A DNA stretch of 63,831 bases, from NCBI GenBank assembly GCA_964611585.1, contig CAZTAK010000002.1:9563-73393 (forward strand), in the 5' to 3' direction. The stretch comes from an uncultured Alphaproteobacteria bacterium. Its GTDB lineage: Bacteria > Pseudomonadota > Alphaproteobacteria > SHVP01. The notes beneath the pieces were generated by a model that was given only the letters and a program-made list of their open reading frames with translations, made no database searches and was not told where the DNA came from. Position 1 is the stretch's first letter. Every line of letters begins with the position of its first letter. Shown one piece after another: positions 46,136 to 55,493 of the stretch. Both the position numbers and the translations under genes were made by a program.

Positions 46136-46216
46136 TCGGAACCCCTTGGGGCGACGTGCGGTCTAGTACTGTACGCCCATATGAGTGTCAAGGAACTCAC
46201 TTTCGAGGGGTAGGAG

Positions 46217-46258
46217 TTGGTGATGGTCTGATCAGGCGGCGCTTTGGATTTGCTTCAT
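46217..46258. repeat. 42-bp direct repeat, left copy
   Basis: ttggtgatggtctgatcaggcggcgctttggatttgcttcat matches 46827-46868 at 39 of 42 positions. Contains the 8-bp palindrome CTGATCAG. Confidence 0.9.
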
Positions 46259-46422
46259 CCCGTCCTTGGACGTCACTCCCTAGATTACCGAGCTATAGCC
46301 CCGAGGGGAGCCTCTGCTAGATTGGAATTAGCCATCAGTTTGACGCCGGAGAATGGGCCGTTGCCGGAGCGCAAGCAGAGAAAGGCCAAACAAAGAAGCC
46401 GCGAAACACAGGGCGCCTAGAG

Positions 46423-46812
46423 ATGGGCCTGTTCTCTCGTCCAGATCGGCCGCGCGCGGTTCAGGAGGCAGTCACCGCGCTGCGGGACCTGGAGGAAGTT
46501 CGCGAAGAGTTTGAGTCCGCTGGGCGAGACTTCGATTCTGCGCTTGAGCAGCAGGATAGCATCGCGTTCTTGTTCGGCTTCACGACGTACTACGCTGACA
46601 AGTACAAAGTGAAGGGCAGTAGGAAGATTGTGGATTTGGCAGTGGAGGTCTTCAGGTCTGCATTTGGTGACACCACCGGTATCCGAATCCTTGGTGGACT
46701 GAACGAGACGATGCGGGATCGGCGACCGAGTAGTCGTTTCGGCTACGAAGCGGCCAGGGATGGCAGAGGATCGGGAGAGATGGCTGCCGCCTATTTTCGC
46801 GGGATGCTTTGA
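46423..46812 (+). CDS. orphan hypothetical protein (129 aa) inside a low-GC islet
   Basis: ATG-initiated ORF lying entirely between the two 42-bp repeats. Codon usage is visibly atypical for this window (AGG, AGA, TTG and many T/A-ending codons). No family recognised. Confidence 0.5.
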   Translation: MGLFSRPDRPRAVQEAVTALRDLEEVREEFESAGRDFDSALEQQDSIAFLFGFTTYYADKYKVKGSRKIVDLAVEVFRSAFGDTTGIRILGGLNETMRDRRPSSRFGYEAARDGRGSGEMAAAYFRGML

Positions 46813-46826
46813 CCTACCACCAGAAT

Positions 46827-46868
46827 TTGGTGATGGTCTGATCAGGCGGCGTCTTGGATTTGCTTGAT
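46827..46868. repeat. 42-bp direct repeat, right copy
   Basis: ttggtgatggtctgatcaggcggcgtcttggatttgcttgat lies 610 bp from the left copy. It begins 17 nt beyond the stop of the minus-strand gene 46886..47329. Confidence 0.9.
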
Positions 46869-46885
46869 ACCGGCGCGCGCGGCGG

Positions 46886-47329
46886 CTAGCCGCCGGGCGG
46901 CGAAGCGGCGCGGCGCCAGATCACTTCGGAATGCTGGGTGCCGCGGCCGGTCTTCTGGGGCGGGGTTTTGAGGATCAGGCGGCCGTCCTCGAACACCATT
47001 TCGCGGACCTGCACATCGCCGATCCAGTTCGGATACTGGCAGGCGTCGATATGGTGGCGGACGGTGCTGCCGACGACCTCGTAGGTGCCGGAATAGGCAA
47101 AAAAACTATCCCAGGCGGCGATCTTTTCGGCGTCGTCGGCGGTCAACGCCTCGCCGGTGGTGAAAGACGCCCGCCCGGCGCGGGCCAGGAATGCCGCCAT
47201 GTAACCGTCGGCGGTATAGAGCAGCCAGCCCTCGGCGTCCTCGCCCATCGGATAGATGACGCGGCCCGAATCGTAAACCGCGCGCCAGGTCTCGAGCGTC
47301 CAGGTGCCTTGCAGCCGCTCCGCGCTCAT
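46886..47329 (-). CDS. lipocalin-like domain protein (hypothetical)
   Basis: 147-aa ORF. The N-terminal LQGTWTLETW...VIYPMGEDAEGWLLYTADGYMA pattern resembles bacterial lipocalin-like (8-stranded barrel) domains. ATGA overlap with the upstream membrane-protein gene. Confidence 0.6.
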   Translation of the reverse strand: MSAERLQGTWTLETWRAVYDSGRVIYPMGEDAEGWLLYTADGYMAAFLARAGRASFTTGEALTADDAEKIAAWDSFFAYSGTYEVVGSTVRHHIDACQYPNWIGDVQVREMVFEDGRLILKTPPQKTGRGTQHSEVIWRRAASPPGG

Positions 47330-48177
47330 GATCCGCTTTCGTCCGCCCCGCCTTCGCCCGCCTCGCCGCCGGGCAACCGCGCCGGCACCCCGATGCGGCC
47401 GCCTTCGAGGGTCAGAAAGGCGCTCGACAGCGCCGAGACGCCGACAACCGCTGCGCTGAAACTAAACAGTTCGGCGACGAATGCCTCGACGAATTGGCCG
47501 GGCCAGCCCGGGCCGTCGCCAATCATCAGAAACAGAACCGTCAGAATCAGCCACGACCCCAGACTGATCGGGACGTTGGCGAGCAGAGTCAGCGACACCA
47601 GCCGCCAGGAATTGCGGGTTCCGAGCTGCCATGCCTCACGCAGCGTCAGTTTGCGGTCGATGGCGGAGGCAGGCAACGTCAGCATCAAACGGACCAGGAT
47701 CAGGTAAACACCGATCATGACCGCGACGGTCATCGGAAACGCGGCACCGATGGAGAAACTGCCGACCACAATCAGCGGAACGATGGCGAGCAACACCGCC
47801 AGCAGGACGATCTTGATCGTCAGAAACACGAAGCGAAAATGCCGTTTGCGCCACTGGAACTGCTGCAAATAGCCGGGGTGTTCGTCGGGCAAAAGGAAGC
47901 GGCGGTGCCAGGCGACGGCGACCATCGTAACGAAGATGATATTGAGGATAAGAAGTATCACCAGCGGCCAGGAAAGCCCCGCGGCCTGTGCGGAATCCGG
48001 GTCGGCGGCGACGGCGCGGGCGCCAATCGCCACCTGCAACAGCGACAGGATCAGTGCGGCCGGAAAGATCAGATTGAGGAATTCGGTCCGGCCCTGCCAG
48101 ACGAAGGCATAAACCTCGGCAATGGTCGCGAACACGCGCACCGTCGGCAAGGTCGGCTGCCCGGTCTGATCGCTCAT
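47326..48177 (-). CDS. polytopic membrane protein (hypothetical)
   Basis: ORF 47326..48306 trimmed to ATG 48177, because the first 43 codons read through tRNA-Val. About 6 hydrophobic segments and an acidic G/E-rich C-terminus. No family recognised. Confidence 0.6.
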   Translation of the reverse strand: MSDQTGQPTLPTVRVFATIAEVYAFVWQGRTEFLNLIFPAALILSLLQVAIGARAVAADPDSAQAAGLSWPLVILLILNIIFVTMVAVAWHRRFLLPDEHPGYLQQFQWRKRHFRFVFLTIKIVLLAVLLAIVPLIVVGSFSIGAAFPMTVAVMIGVYLILVRLMLTLPASAIDRKLTLREAWQLGTRNSWRLVSLTLLANVPISLGSWLILTVLFLMIGDGPGWPGQFVEAFVAELFSFSAAVVGVSALSSAFLTLEGGRIGVPARLPGGEAGEGGADESGS

Positions 48178-48211
48178 TGCCTGGTTCCCCGTTCGGTCAT
48201 GGGTCTGCGGA

Positions 48212-48287
48212 TGGTGGGCGATGACAGGCTCGAACTGCCGACCCCCTCGGTGTAAACGAGGTGCTCTTCCAACTGAGCTAATCGCCC
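48212..48287 (-). tRNA. tRNA-Val (anticodon TAC)
   Basis: The reverse complement reads GGGCGATTAGCTCAGTTGGAAGAGCACCTCGTTTACACCGAGGGGGTCGGCAGTTCGAGCCTGTCATCGCCCACCA. It is 76 nt with anticodon stem CCTCG/CGAGG, loop TT-TAC-AC and an encoded CCA. Confidence 0.95.
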
Positions 48288-48379
48288 GCCCGCCGGTGCC
48301 CCACACGGCGACGCCCGCCCACAGTGCGGGAACACCCTATCCGTGTCCAGCCATCGCGCCGCCGTCCCCGCCAGGACGC

Positions 48380-48414
48380 AAAAAAGGGGCGCCGCGTATG
48401 ATGACGGCGCCCCC
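48380..48414 (-). terminator. Rho-independent terminator of hupB
   Basis: On the minus strand, GGGGCGCCG-(loop)-CGGCGCCCC forms a 9-bp GC stem followed by TTTTTT. It begins about 22 nt after the hupB stop. Confidence 0.85.
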
Positions 48415-48436
48415 TGTTTCCAAGTCAAACGGAGCG

Positions 48437-48709
48437 TCAGTTGACGGCCTCCTTAAGGGCCTTGCCCGCCTTGAACTTTGGCTGGTTCGAGGCCGGAATC
48501 TGAATCTTTTCCCCCGTACGCGGGTTGCGGCCTTCCGACGCCTTGCGGCGGGCGACGCTAAAGGTTCCGAACCCGACAAGGCGCACCTCGGTACCGGTTC
48601 TAAGCGAACCGGTGATGGCATTAAAGACGCTGTCGACGGCCTTCGCTGCGTCAGCCTTAGAAAGTTTTGCCAACCCTGCGACGCTCGACACCAGATCGTT
48701 TTTGTTCAC
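48437..48709 (-). CDS. hupB: DNA-binding protein HU
   Basis: 90-aa ORF (GTG start with AAGGAG upstream). GFGTFSVARRKASEGRNPRTGEKIQIPASNQPKFKAGKALK is the HU/IHF arm signature. Confidence 0.92.
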   Translation of the reverse strand: MNKNDLVSSVAGLAKLSKADAAKAVDSVFNAITGSLRTGTEVRLVGFGTFSVARRKASEGRNPRTGEKIQIPASNQPKFKAGKALKEAVN

Positions 48710-48900
48710 GATAAGGTCCCCTCTCCTTTATGATTTTCGATGGGATGTTTCAGTGATTCTGGGCGCTAGGCGAAAGTGAGTCTATTCCTCGTCCGCGCCG
48801 GGCGTCAAAGAGAAAACGCATATTTTTCCCACTTTCCCCCCGTTTTTTCCCTTGAAAAGCGGAATTTGACCAAGGTTCGCCGCGGGCACCGAAGAAATCA

Positions 48901-48918
48901 CGCCCGCGCCTGCGGGCG
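48901..48918 (-). terminator. candidate terminator of lon
   Basis: On the minus strand, CGCCCGC-aggc-GCGGGCG forms a 7-bp stem followed by TGATTTCTT, 47 nt after the lon stop. The U-tract is imperfect. Confidence 0.45.
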
Positions 48919-48964
48919 CGGACCCCGGACCCGCGTGTGGAAACGGGCGATTGAATCGCCAGGA

Positions 48965-51376
48965 TCAGTGTGTGAGGACGCCTTCGTGCCCGTCCGTGGT
49001 TTTTTCGTCGGCGACTTTTTCGACCGATTCGTCGTCCTCATTCCACTCGATGGCGGTCAGTGGAGCGACCAGTCCGTATTCCAAAACGTCGTCCACCGAG
49101 TTGACCGGAATGATCTCGAGGCCGCGTTTGACGTTGTCGGGAATCTCGGCAAGTTCGCGTTCGTTTTCTTTCGGGATCAGCACCGTCGTCAGGCCGCCGC
49201 GCAAGGCCGCCAGAAGTTTTTCCTTGAGGCCGCCAACCGGCATCACACGCCCGCGCAGCGAAATTTCGCCGGTCATCGCCAGGTCCTTGCGCACCGGAAT
49301 TTGGGTCAGGACGGAAACGATCGAGGTAATCATGGCAACACCGGCCGAGGGCCCGTCCTTTGGCGTGGCCCCCTCGGGAACGTGGACGTGAATGTCTCTC
49401 TTTTCGAAGTAGGTCGGCTTGATGCCGAAGGTGGTCGAGCGCGCACGGACATAGGTCCAGGCTGCCTGGATCGACTCCTGCATCACGTCGCCGAGTTTAC
49501 CGGTGTACTTGATGTTGCCCTTGCCGGGCACCAACAGCGCCTCGATGCTGAGCAACTCGCCGCCGACTTCGGTCCAGGCGAGGCCGGTGGTGATCCCCAC
49601 CAGGTGTTCCGGCTCGACCTCGCCGAAGCGGAAGCGGCGCACACCGGCATATTTTTCGAGGTTGCGCCGTGTGATGGCGATGCGCTTGGTTCCCTTTTGC
49701 ACGATTTCCCGGGTCGCCTTGCGGATCAGATTGGCGATTTCGCGTTCGAGGTTGCGCACCCCCGCTTCGCGCGTGTAATAGCGGATGATGTCGCGCAGGC
49801 CCGAGTCGGAAATCGACCATTCCTCGTTCTTGAGGCCATGCGCCTCGACCTGTTTGTCGATCAGGTGGCGGCGCGCGATCTCGACCTTTTCGTCTTCGGT
49901 GTAGCCGGAGATCCGGATGATCTCCATGCGGTCGGCCAGCGCCGGCGGAATGCGAAGGGTGTTGCCGGTCGCCACGAACATCACATCCGACAGGTCATAA
50001 TCGACTTCGAGATAGTGATCGTTGAAGGCGTTGTTCTGTTCAGGATCCAGCACTTCGAGCAGGGCTGAAGAGGGATCGCCCCGGAAATCAGCGCCCAGCT
50101 TGTCGATCTCGTCGAGCATGAACAGAGGATTCGAGGTCTTCACCTTCTTCATCGACTGAAGAATCTTGCCCGGCATCGAACCGATATAAGTGCGCCGGTG
50201 GCCGCGGATTTCGGCTTCGTCGCGGACGCCGCCCAGCGACACGCGGATGAATTTCCGGCCTGTCGCGCGCGCGACCGACCGACCGAGCGAAGTCTTGCCG
50301 ACGCCCGGCGGGCCGATCAGGCACAGGATCGGGCCCTTCAGTTTCTTGGTCCGTTGCTGCACCGCCAAGTATTCGAGAATCCGCTCCTTGACCTTCTCGA
50401 GTCCGTAGTGGTCTTCCTCGAGGATGATTTCGGCGTTCGTGATGTCGGTCTTGATGCGGCTCCGTTTCTTCCACGGAATCGACAGCATCCAGTCGAGGTA
50501 GTTGCGCACCACCGTCGCCTCCGCCGACATCGGGCTCATGTTGCGTAGTTTCTTGAGTTCGCCCTTGGCCTTTTCGCGCGCCTCCTTGGACAGTTTCGTC
50601 TTCTCGATCTTCTCTTCGAGCTCAGCGATTTCCTCGCGGCCTTCGTCGCTTTCGCCGAGTTCCTTCTGGATCGCCTTGAGTTGTTCGTTCAGGTAGTACT
50701 CGCGTTGCGTCTTTTCCATCTGCCGTTTGACGCGGCCGCGGATACGTTTTTCGACCTGCAGAACGCCGATCTCGGCTTCCATCAGGCTGTTGACCTTTTC
50801 GAGCCGGTCGGCGACCCCGACGATCTCGAGCAGTTCCTGTTTTTCCGAGACCCGCAGCGCCATGTGCGAGGCAACGGTGTCGGCCAGCTTGCTGGCGTCG
50901 TCGATCTGATTTAGCGAGACCAGAACTTCGGGCGGAATCTTCTTGTTGAGTTTGACGTACTGTTCGAACTGCGACAGCACCGAACGGGACAGGCCTTCGA
51001 GCTCGGTATCATCGCCGTCTGATTCGGCCAGCGGTTCGGCGTGGGCCTGAAAGAAATCCTCGTTCTCGGTAAACGATTCGATGCGCGCGCGGTTGCCGCC
51101 CTCGACCAGCACCTTGACGGTCCCGTCCGGCAGCTTCAATAGCTGGAGCACGGCACCGATGGTGCCCATACGGTGGATGTCGTCGGGCTTGGGGTCGTCC
51201 ATGCTGGCGTCTTTTTGCGTCACCAAGAGGATCTGCTTGCCCTCTTTCATCACGTCCTCAAGCGCGCGCACGGACTTCTCGCGGCCGACGAAGAGCGGCA
51301 CGATCATGTGCGGGAACACGACAATGTCCCTGAGCGGCAGCACCGGGTAGATTTGCAATCGGCGGGATTCGGTCAT
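48965..51376 (-). CDS. lon: ATP-dependent protease Lon
   Basis: ORF 48965..51409. ATG at 51376 ([24 protein letters not shown]...) is preferred. Walker [10 protein letters not shown] and catalytic Ser motif PKDGPSAG. Confidence 0.94.
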   Translation of the reverse strand: MTESRRLQIYPVLPLRDIVVFPHMIVPLFVGREKSVRALEDVMKEGKQILLVTQKDASMDDPKPDDIHRMGTIGAVLQLLKLPDGTVKVLVEGGNRARIESFTENEDFFQAHAEPLAESDGDDTELEGLSRSVLSQFEQYVKLNKKIPPEVLVSLNQIDDASKLADTVASHMALRVSEKQELLEIVGVADRLEKVNSLMEAEIGVLQVEKRIRGRVKRQMEKTQREYYLNEQLKAIQKELGESDEGREEIAELEEKIEKTKLSKEAREKAKGELKKLRNMSPMSAEATVVRNYLDWMLSIPWKKRSRIKTDITNAEIILEEDHYGLEKVKERILEYLAVQQRTKKLKGPILCLIGPPGVGKTSLGRSVARATGRKFIRVSLGGVRDEAEIRGHRRTYIGSMPGKILQSMKKVKTSNPLFMLDEIDKLGADFRGDPSSALLEVLDPEQNNAFNDHYLEVDYDLSDVMFVATGNTLRIPPALADRMEIIRISGYTEDEKVEIARRHLIDKQVEAHGLKNEEWSISDSGLRDIIRYYTREAGVRNLEREIANLIRKATREIVQKGTKRIAITRRNLEKYAGVRRFRFGEVEPEHLVGITTGLAWTEVGGELLSIEALLVPGKGNIKYTGKLGDVMQESIQAAWTYVRARSTTFGIKPTYFEKRDIHVHVPEGATPKDGPSAGVAMITSIVSVLTQIPVRKDLAMTGEISLRGRVMPVGGLKEKLLAALRGGLTTVLIPKENERELAEIPDNVKRGLEIIPVNSVDDVLEYGLVAPLTAIEWNEDDESVEKVADEKTTDGHEGVLTH

Positions 51377-51443
51377 CAGATGGCCTTTACAGACTGGCTC
51401 GGGGGCCAAAGGATCGAAACGTCACCTCCGGGCACCCCCCCAG

Positions 51444-51472
51444 AGATGGCGACACCCTCCGTCGCGTTCAAG
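51444..51472 (-). promoter_or_regulatory. sigma-32 (RpoH)-like heat-shock promoter candidate upstream of lon
   Basis: The minus strand reads CTTGAA-15 nt-CGCCATCT, compared with the E. coli-type consensus CTTGAA-N13-17-CCCCATNT. It lies about 65-95 nt upstream of the lon ATG. Confidence 0.3.
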
Positions 51473-51487
51473 CGGCGGAGGCAGCGT

Positions 51488-52753
51488 TCAGGCGGGTGTG
51501 CCGAAGTCGCCGCGGCGATCGGCGTAGATTTGCAGCGGTTGGGCCCGCCCCTCCACCACTTCGGAGTTGATGACAATCTCCTCGACCGAATCGAGCGACG
51601 GCAGTTCGAACATCGGTTCGAGCAGAATTGCCTCCATGATGGAGCGCAGGCCCCGGGCGCCGGTCTTGCGCTTGATCGCCTTGCGCGCGATCGAGCGCAA
51701 CGCGTCCTCCGAGAAGGTCAGCCGTACGTCTTCCATATCGAACAGGCGCTGGTATTGCTTGATGAGGGCGTTCTTGGGTTTGGACAGAATCTCGACCAGG
51801 GTACCCTCGTCGAGGTCGGTAAGCGTCGCCAGCACTGGCAGGCGTCCGACGAATTCTGGGATCAGGCCAAATTTCAAAAGGTCCTCGGGTTCCACGCCGC
51901 GCAGAATTTCGCCGGTCGATTTGTCATTGGGCGCGCGCACGTCGGCGCCGAAGCCAATGGCACTGCCACGGCCGCGCTGGGCAATAATCTTTTCGAGACC
52001 CGAAAACGCACCGCCGCAGATGAACAGGATGTTGGTGGTGTCGACCTGCAGGAATTCCTGCTGGGGGTGCTTGCGTCCGCCCTGGGGCGGCACCGAGGCG
52101 ATGGTGCCTTCCATGATCTTGAGCAACGCCTGCTGAACGCCCTCGCCCGACACGTCGCGCGTGATCGAGGGGTTGTCGGACTTGCGGCTGATCTTGTCGA
52201 CCTCGTCGATGTAGACGATGCCGCGCTGGGCACGCTCGACGTTATAGTCGGCCGACTGCAACAGCTTGAGAATAATGTTCTCGACATCTTCGCCGACGTA
52301 TCCCGCCTCGGTCAGCGTGGTCGCGTCCGCCATCGTGAACGGCACATCGAGAATCCGCGCCAGCGTTTGCGCCAGCAGCGTTTTGCCGCAACCGGTCGGA
52401 CCGAGCAGAAGAATGTTCGATTTTGCCAGTTCGACGTCGTTGGTCTTGCTGTCGTGATTGAGGCGCTTGTAGTGGTTGTGCACCGCGACCGACAGCACGC
52501 GCTTTGCATAATCCTGACCGATCACATAGTCGTCGAGCACACTGCAGATGTCTGTCGGCGTCGGCACCCCGTCGAGGCTCTTGACCAGCGCACTCTTGTG
52601 CTCTTCGCGGATGATATCCATGCACAGCTCGACGCATTCATCGCAGATGAACACCGTCGGGCCGGCAATCAGTTTGCGGACCTCGTGCTGGCTCTTGCCG
52701 CAGAACGAGCAATAAAGGGTGTTCTTGGAGTCGCTGCTGCCGGATTTGCTCAT
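51488..52753 (-). CDS. clpX: ATP-dependent Clp protease ATP-binding subunit ClpX
   Basis: ORF trimmed to ATG 52753 ([32 protein letters not shown]...). Zinc-finger CSFCGK...CDEC, Walker A GPTGCGKT. Confidence 0.95.
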   Translation of the reverse strand: MSKSGSSDSKNTLYCSFCGKSQHEVRKLIAGPTVFICDECVELCMDIIREEHKSALVKSLDGVPTPTDICSVLDDYVIGQDYAKRVLSVAVHNHYKRLNHDSKTNDVELAKSNILLLGPTGCGKTLLAQTLARILDVPFTMADATTLTEAGYVGEDVENIILKLLQSADYNVERAQRGIVYIDEVDKISRKSDNPSITRDVSGEGVQQALLKIMEGTIASVPPQGGRKHPQQEFLQVDTTNILFICGGAFSGLEKIIAQRGRGSAIGFGADVRAPNDKSTGEILRGVEPEDLLKFGLIPEFVGRLPVLATLTDLDEGTLVEILSKPKNALIKQYQRLFDMEDVRLTFSEDALRSIARKAIKRKTGARGLRSIMEAILLEPMFELPSLDSVEEIVINSEVVEGRAQPLQIYADRRGDFGTPA

Positions 52754-53006
52754 GAAGACACCGAATACCTGTCTATCCGTGGCATGGTAGCCGTCGGCTG
52801 CGTCCGCAGACAACCCAAATCTTGGGGGAAAATCCGCGCAAGACCCCGTATCTAGGCACGTGCGGCACGGGTCCGGGGCGCCGCCGAATCACACTCAACA
52901 AGCGGGCCAACGCGTCCAGGCCCTGAAACAAGGTCCTTTTCGGGCCGATCATGGCGGGTGGTTTTCACCAAAACGTTAATTCCCTCGGATCCGTGCGGCC
53001 CGCCGG

Positions 53007-53648
53007 TCAGCCGTCGCCCCCGTCGGTGGCGTCGGCCTTGGGTGTGGCCTCGCGTTTGCTAACCACATCGTCGATAAGCCCGAATTCCTTGGCTTGCTCG
53101 CCAGACATGAAGTTGTCGCGCTCGACCGCATCCTCGATGACCTTGGAATCCTGTCCGGTATGGCGGGCGTAAATCTCATTCAACCGCGTCCGCAGGTCGA
53201 GAATCTCGCGGGCGTGAATCTCGATATCGGTAGCCTGGCCCTGGAACCCGGCCGAGGGCTGGTGGACCATGATCCGTGAATTGGGCAAGCAGAACCTTTT
53301 GCCGGGCGCGCCCGCAGTCAGCAGCAGCGACCCCATGCTGGCCGCCTGACCGACACACAGGGTCGAAATATCGGGCCGGATGTACTGCATGGTGTCGTAG
53401 ATCGCAAGGCCCGAGGACACCACCCCGCCCGGGGTGTTGATATAGAGCGAGATGTCTTTTTCCGGGTTTTCGGCCTCGAGAAACAAGAGCTGGGCCGTCA
53501 CCAGCGACGCCACAAAGTCGTTGACCGGTCCGGAAACGAACACGATCCGCTCCTTGAGCAGTCGGGAGAAAATGTCATACGCGCGCTCGCCGCGGTTGGT
53601 CTGTTCGACCACCATCGGTACCAGCGTATTCATCGTGATTTCGGTCAT
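53007..53648 (-). CDS. clpP: ATP-dependent Clp protease proteolytic subunit
   Basis: ORF trimmed to ATG 53648 (alternative ATG 53633). Catalytic Ser in GQAASMGS and His in MVHQPS. Confidence 0.94.
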   Translation of the reverse strand: MTEITMNTLVPMVVEQTNRGERAYDIFSRLLKERIVFVSGPVNDFVASLVTAQLLFLEAENPEKDISLYINTPGGVVSSGLAIYDTMQYIRPDISTLCVGQAASMGSLLLTAGAPGKRFCLPNSRIMVHQPSAGFQGQATDIEIHAREILDLRTRLNEIYARHTGQDSKVIEDAVERDNFMSGEQAKEFGLIDDVVSKREATPKADATDGGDG

Positions 53649-53723
53649 TGGCGTCCGATTGATTATGAGGTTGCAGGGCACCACCGGTCCCATATGGGAA
53701 CGGAGGGGCCGCCCGTCCAGCCG

Positions 53724-55289
53724 CTATTTGGGGCTGGCCTTTCTTGCCGCGGGTTTTTTCGCCGGCGCCTTTCGAGCGCCCGATTTCGCCGCCGATTGCT
53801 TGGTATCGGCCTTTTTGGCGGCAGATGCTTTCTTGGCAGGCTTTTTCGCCGCCGGCTTCTTGGGCGCCGCTTTCTTCGCCGCCGGCTTCTTGGCGCCACC
53901 CTTTGCGCGCGCCTTGCTCCGCGCCACCGCCTTTTTCCCGACCGCCTGATCGGCATCGGGGTCGGCCATCAGGTCGTCGACCGATACCTTGCGCTCGGAC
54001 ACCTTGGTCAGCTCAAGAATGAAATCGACCACTTTGTTTTCGAACAATGGGGCCTGTAGTTGCGCCGCGACCTGCGGGTTGCTCTGGAAATGGGAGAAAA
54101 TCTCCTGCTCCTGCCCCGGATAGCGCTGGGCCTGGGCGGCAATAGCGCGGTTGAGCTCCTCGGGACTGACGGAGACTTTGTTGTCCTCACCCACCCGCTG
54201 CAACAACAAGCCCAGCCGGACCCGGCGTTCGGCGATGGCCCGGTATTCTTCCTTGACCTGATCGTCATCCTTGGCCTTGGCGTCCTCGTCCTCGACACCG
54301 GGCTCGCGGTCCTCTTCGACCCGCTTCCAGATCGCCTCGAATTCGGCTTCAACCAGTCCCGCCGGTAGCTCGAAGTCGTGCCCCTCGTCGAGCGCGTCGA
54401 GCAGGCTCCGCTTCAGCCGTTCGCGCGATATCGTGCCGTATTCACCGCTGATCTGCTCGCGGATGCGGGCCTTCAGATCGTCCAGGGTATCGAGCCCCAG
54501 CCCCTTGGCGAGATCGTCGTCGATCGGCGCCAGTTCCGCGTTGCGGACCTCCTTGACATCGACCTCGAAAACCACCGCGGCACCGGACAGTTCGCTGGCC
54601 TGGTAATCGTCCGGAAACGACACCTTTACCTCGACATGGTCGCCGGCCTTGGTGCCGATCAGTTGTTCCTCGAAGCCGGGGATGAACTGCCCGGACCCGA
54701 GCACGAGCTGATGGTCCTCGGCGGCGCCACCGTCGAAGGGTTCGCCGTCGCGTTTGCCGAGGAAGTCGATGATGAGGGCGTCGCCGTCGACAGCTTTGGT
54801 TACGGCTTCGGCAGTAACGAATTTCTTTTGCTGGTCGGTAAACTTTTCCAGGGCCTCATCGACCGAAGATTCCTCGACCTCGGCCACCAGGCGTTCGAGT
54901 TTGAGGTCCGAAAAATCCATCGGATCAATCTCGGGCAACAACTCGACCGCCATCTTGAATTCGAGGTCTTCGCCCTCGTCGAATTTGGTCACTTCGATGG
55001 TCGGCTGCATCGCCGGGCGCCAATCGTTGTCGGCGAGCGCCTTCTGGGCTGTCGAATCGACTGTTTCCTGCAAGACCTCGCCCAGCACCGACTGGCCGTA
55101 GCGCTGGCGCAGGACCTTGACCGGCACCTTGCCGGGCCGGAACCCAGGCAACCGCACCTCCTTGCCGAGGGTTTCGAGGCGGGCCAGCACGCCTTTCTCG
55201 ATGTCGCCGGATTTTACAACGATGGTGATTTCGCGCTTGAGGCCTTCCTCGTGCGTGGCTGTAACGTGCATACTTGGCATCTCGTTCAT
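53724..55289 (-). CDS. tig: trigger factor (with ~70-aa Lys/Ala/Pro-rich C-terminal tail)
   Basis: 521-aa ORF (alternative ATG 55271 gives MHVTATHEEGLKRE...). N-terminal ribosome-binding domain with the GFRPGKVP motif, a central FKBP-like PPIase region and a C-terminal arm domain, followed by a KKPAAKK-type tail. Confidence 0.92.
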   Translation of the reverse strand: MNEMPSMHVTATHEEGLKREITIVVKSGDIEKGVLARLETLGKEVRLPGFRPGKVPVKVLRQRYGQSVLGEVLQETVDSTAQKALADNDWRPAMQPTIEVTKFDEGEDLEFKMAVELLPEIDPMDFSDLKLERLVAEVEESSVDEALEKFTDQQKKFVTAEAVTKAVDGDALIIDFLGKRDGEPFDGGAAEDHQLVLGSGQFIPGFEEQLIGTKAGDHVEVKVSFPDDYQASELSGAAVVFEVDVKEVRNAELAPIDDDLAKGLGLDTLDDLKARIREQISGEYGTISRERLKRSLLDALDEGHDFELPAGLVEAEFEAIWKRVEEDREPGVEDEDAKAKDDDQVKEEYRAIAERRVRLGLLLQRVGEDNKVSVSPEELNRAIAAQAQRYPGQEQEIFSHFQSNPQVAAQLQAPLFENKVVDFILELTKVSERKVSVDDLMADPDADQAVGKKAVARSKARAKGGAKKPAAKKAAPKKPAAKKPAKKASAAKKADTKQSAAKSGARKAPAKKPAARKASPK

Positions 55290-55335
55290 TTCTGGGTCGG
55301 CTCCGGACGATCGCGTGGCGGTGCCCTCGTTCGGC

Positions 55336-55420
55336 TGGTGCGGGCGGAGGGATTTGAACCCCCACGACTTGCGTCACAAGATCCTAAATCTTGCGTGTCT
55401 ACCAGTTCCACCACGCCCGC
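55336..55420 (-). tRNA. tRNA-Leu (anticodon TAG)
   Basis: The reverse complement reads GCGGGCGTGGTGGAACTGGTAGACACGCAAGATTTAGGATCTTGTGACGCAAGTCGTGGGGGTTCAAATCCCTCCGCCCGCACCA. It is 85 nt with a long variable arm, anticodon loop TT-TAG-GA and an encoded CCA. Confidence 0.95.
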
Positions 55421-55493
55421 GTCGGCCAAAGCCCCGCGGTCCAGAGCGCCCCCGGGGCGGTCAGCCCAGAATCCGGTGGGCTTCTATAGCACA

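Noticed and set aside
46217-46258. The 42-bp repeat as a tRNA-derived att site for an island integrated at tRNA-Asp.
   Set aside because: The repeat shares no sequence with the 3-prime (or 5-prime) part of tRNA-Asp and lies on the 5-prime side of the tRNA. No integrase gene is present. It is kept only as a generic direct repeat.
48178-48306. N-terminal 43 codons of ORF 47326..48306 (…AISSVGRAPRLHRGGRQFEPVIAHH…).
   Set aside because: This stretch is the translation of tRNA-Val (48212-48287). The real start is the ATG at 48177. The same applies to plus-strand ORFs 45745..46116 and 45869..46213, which read through tRNA-Asp.
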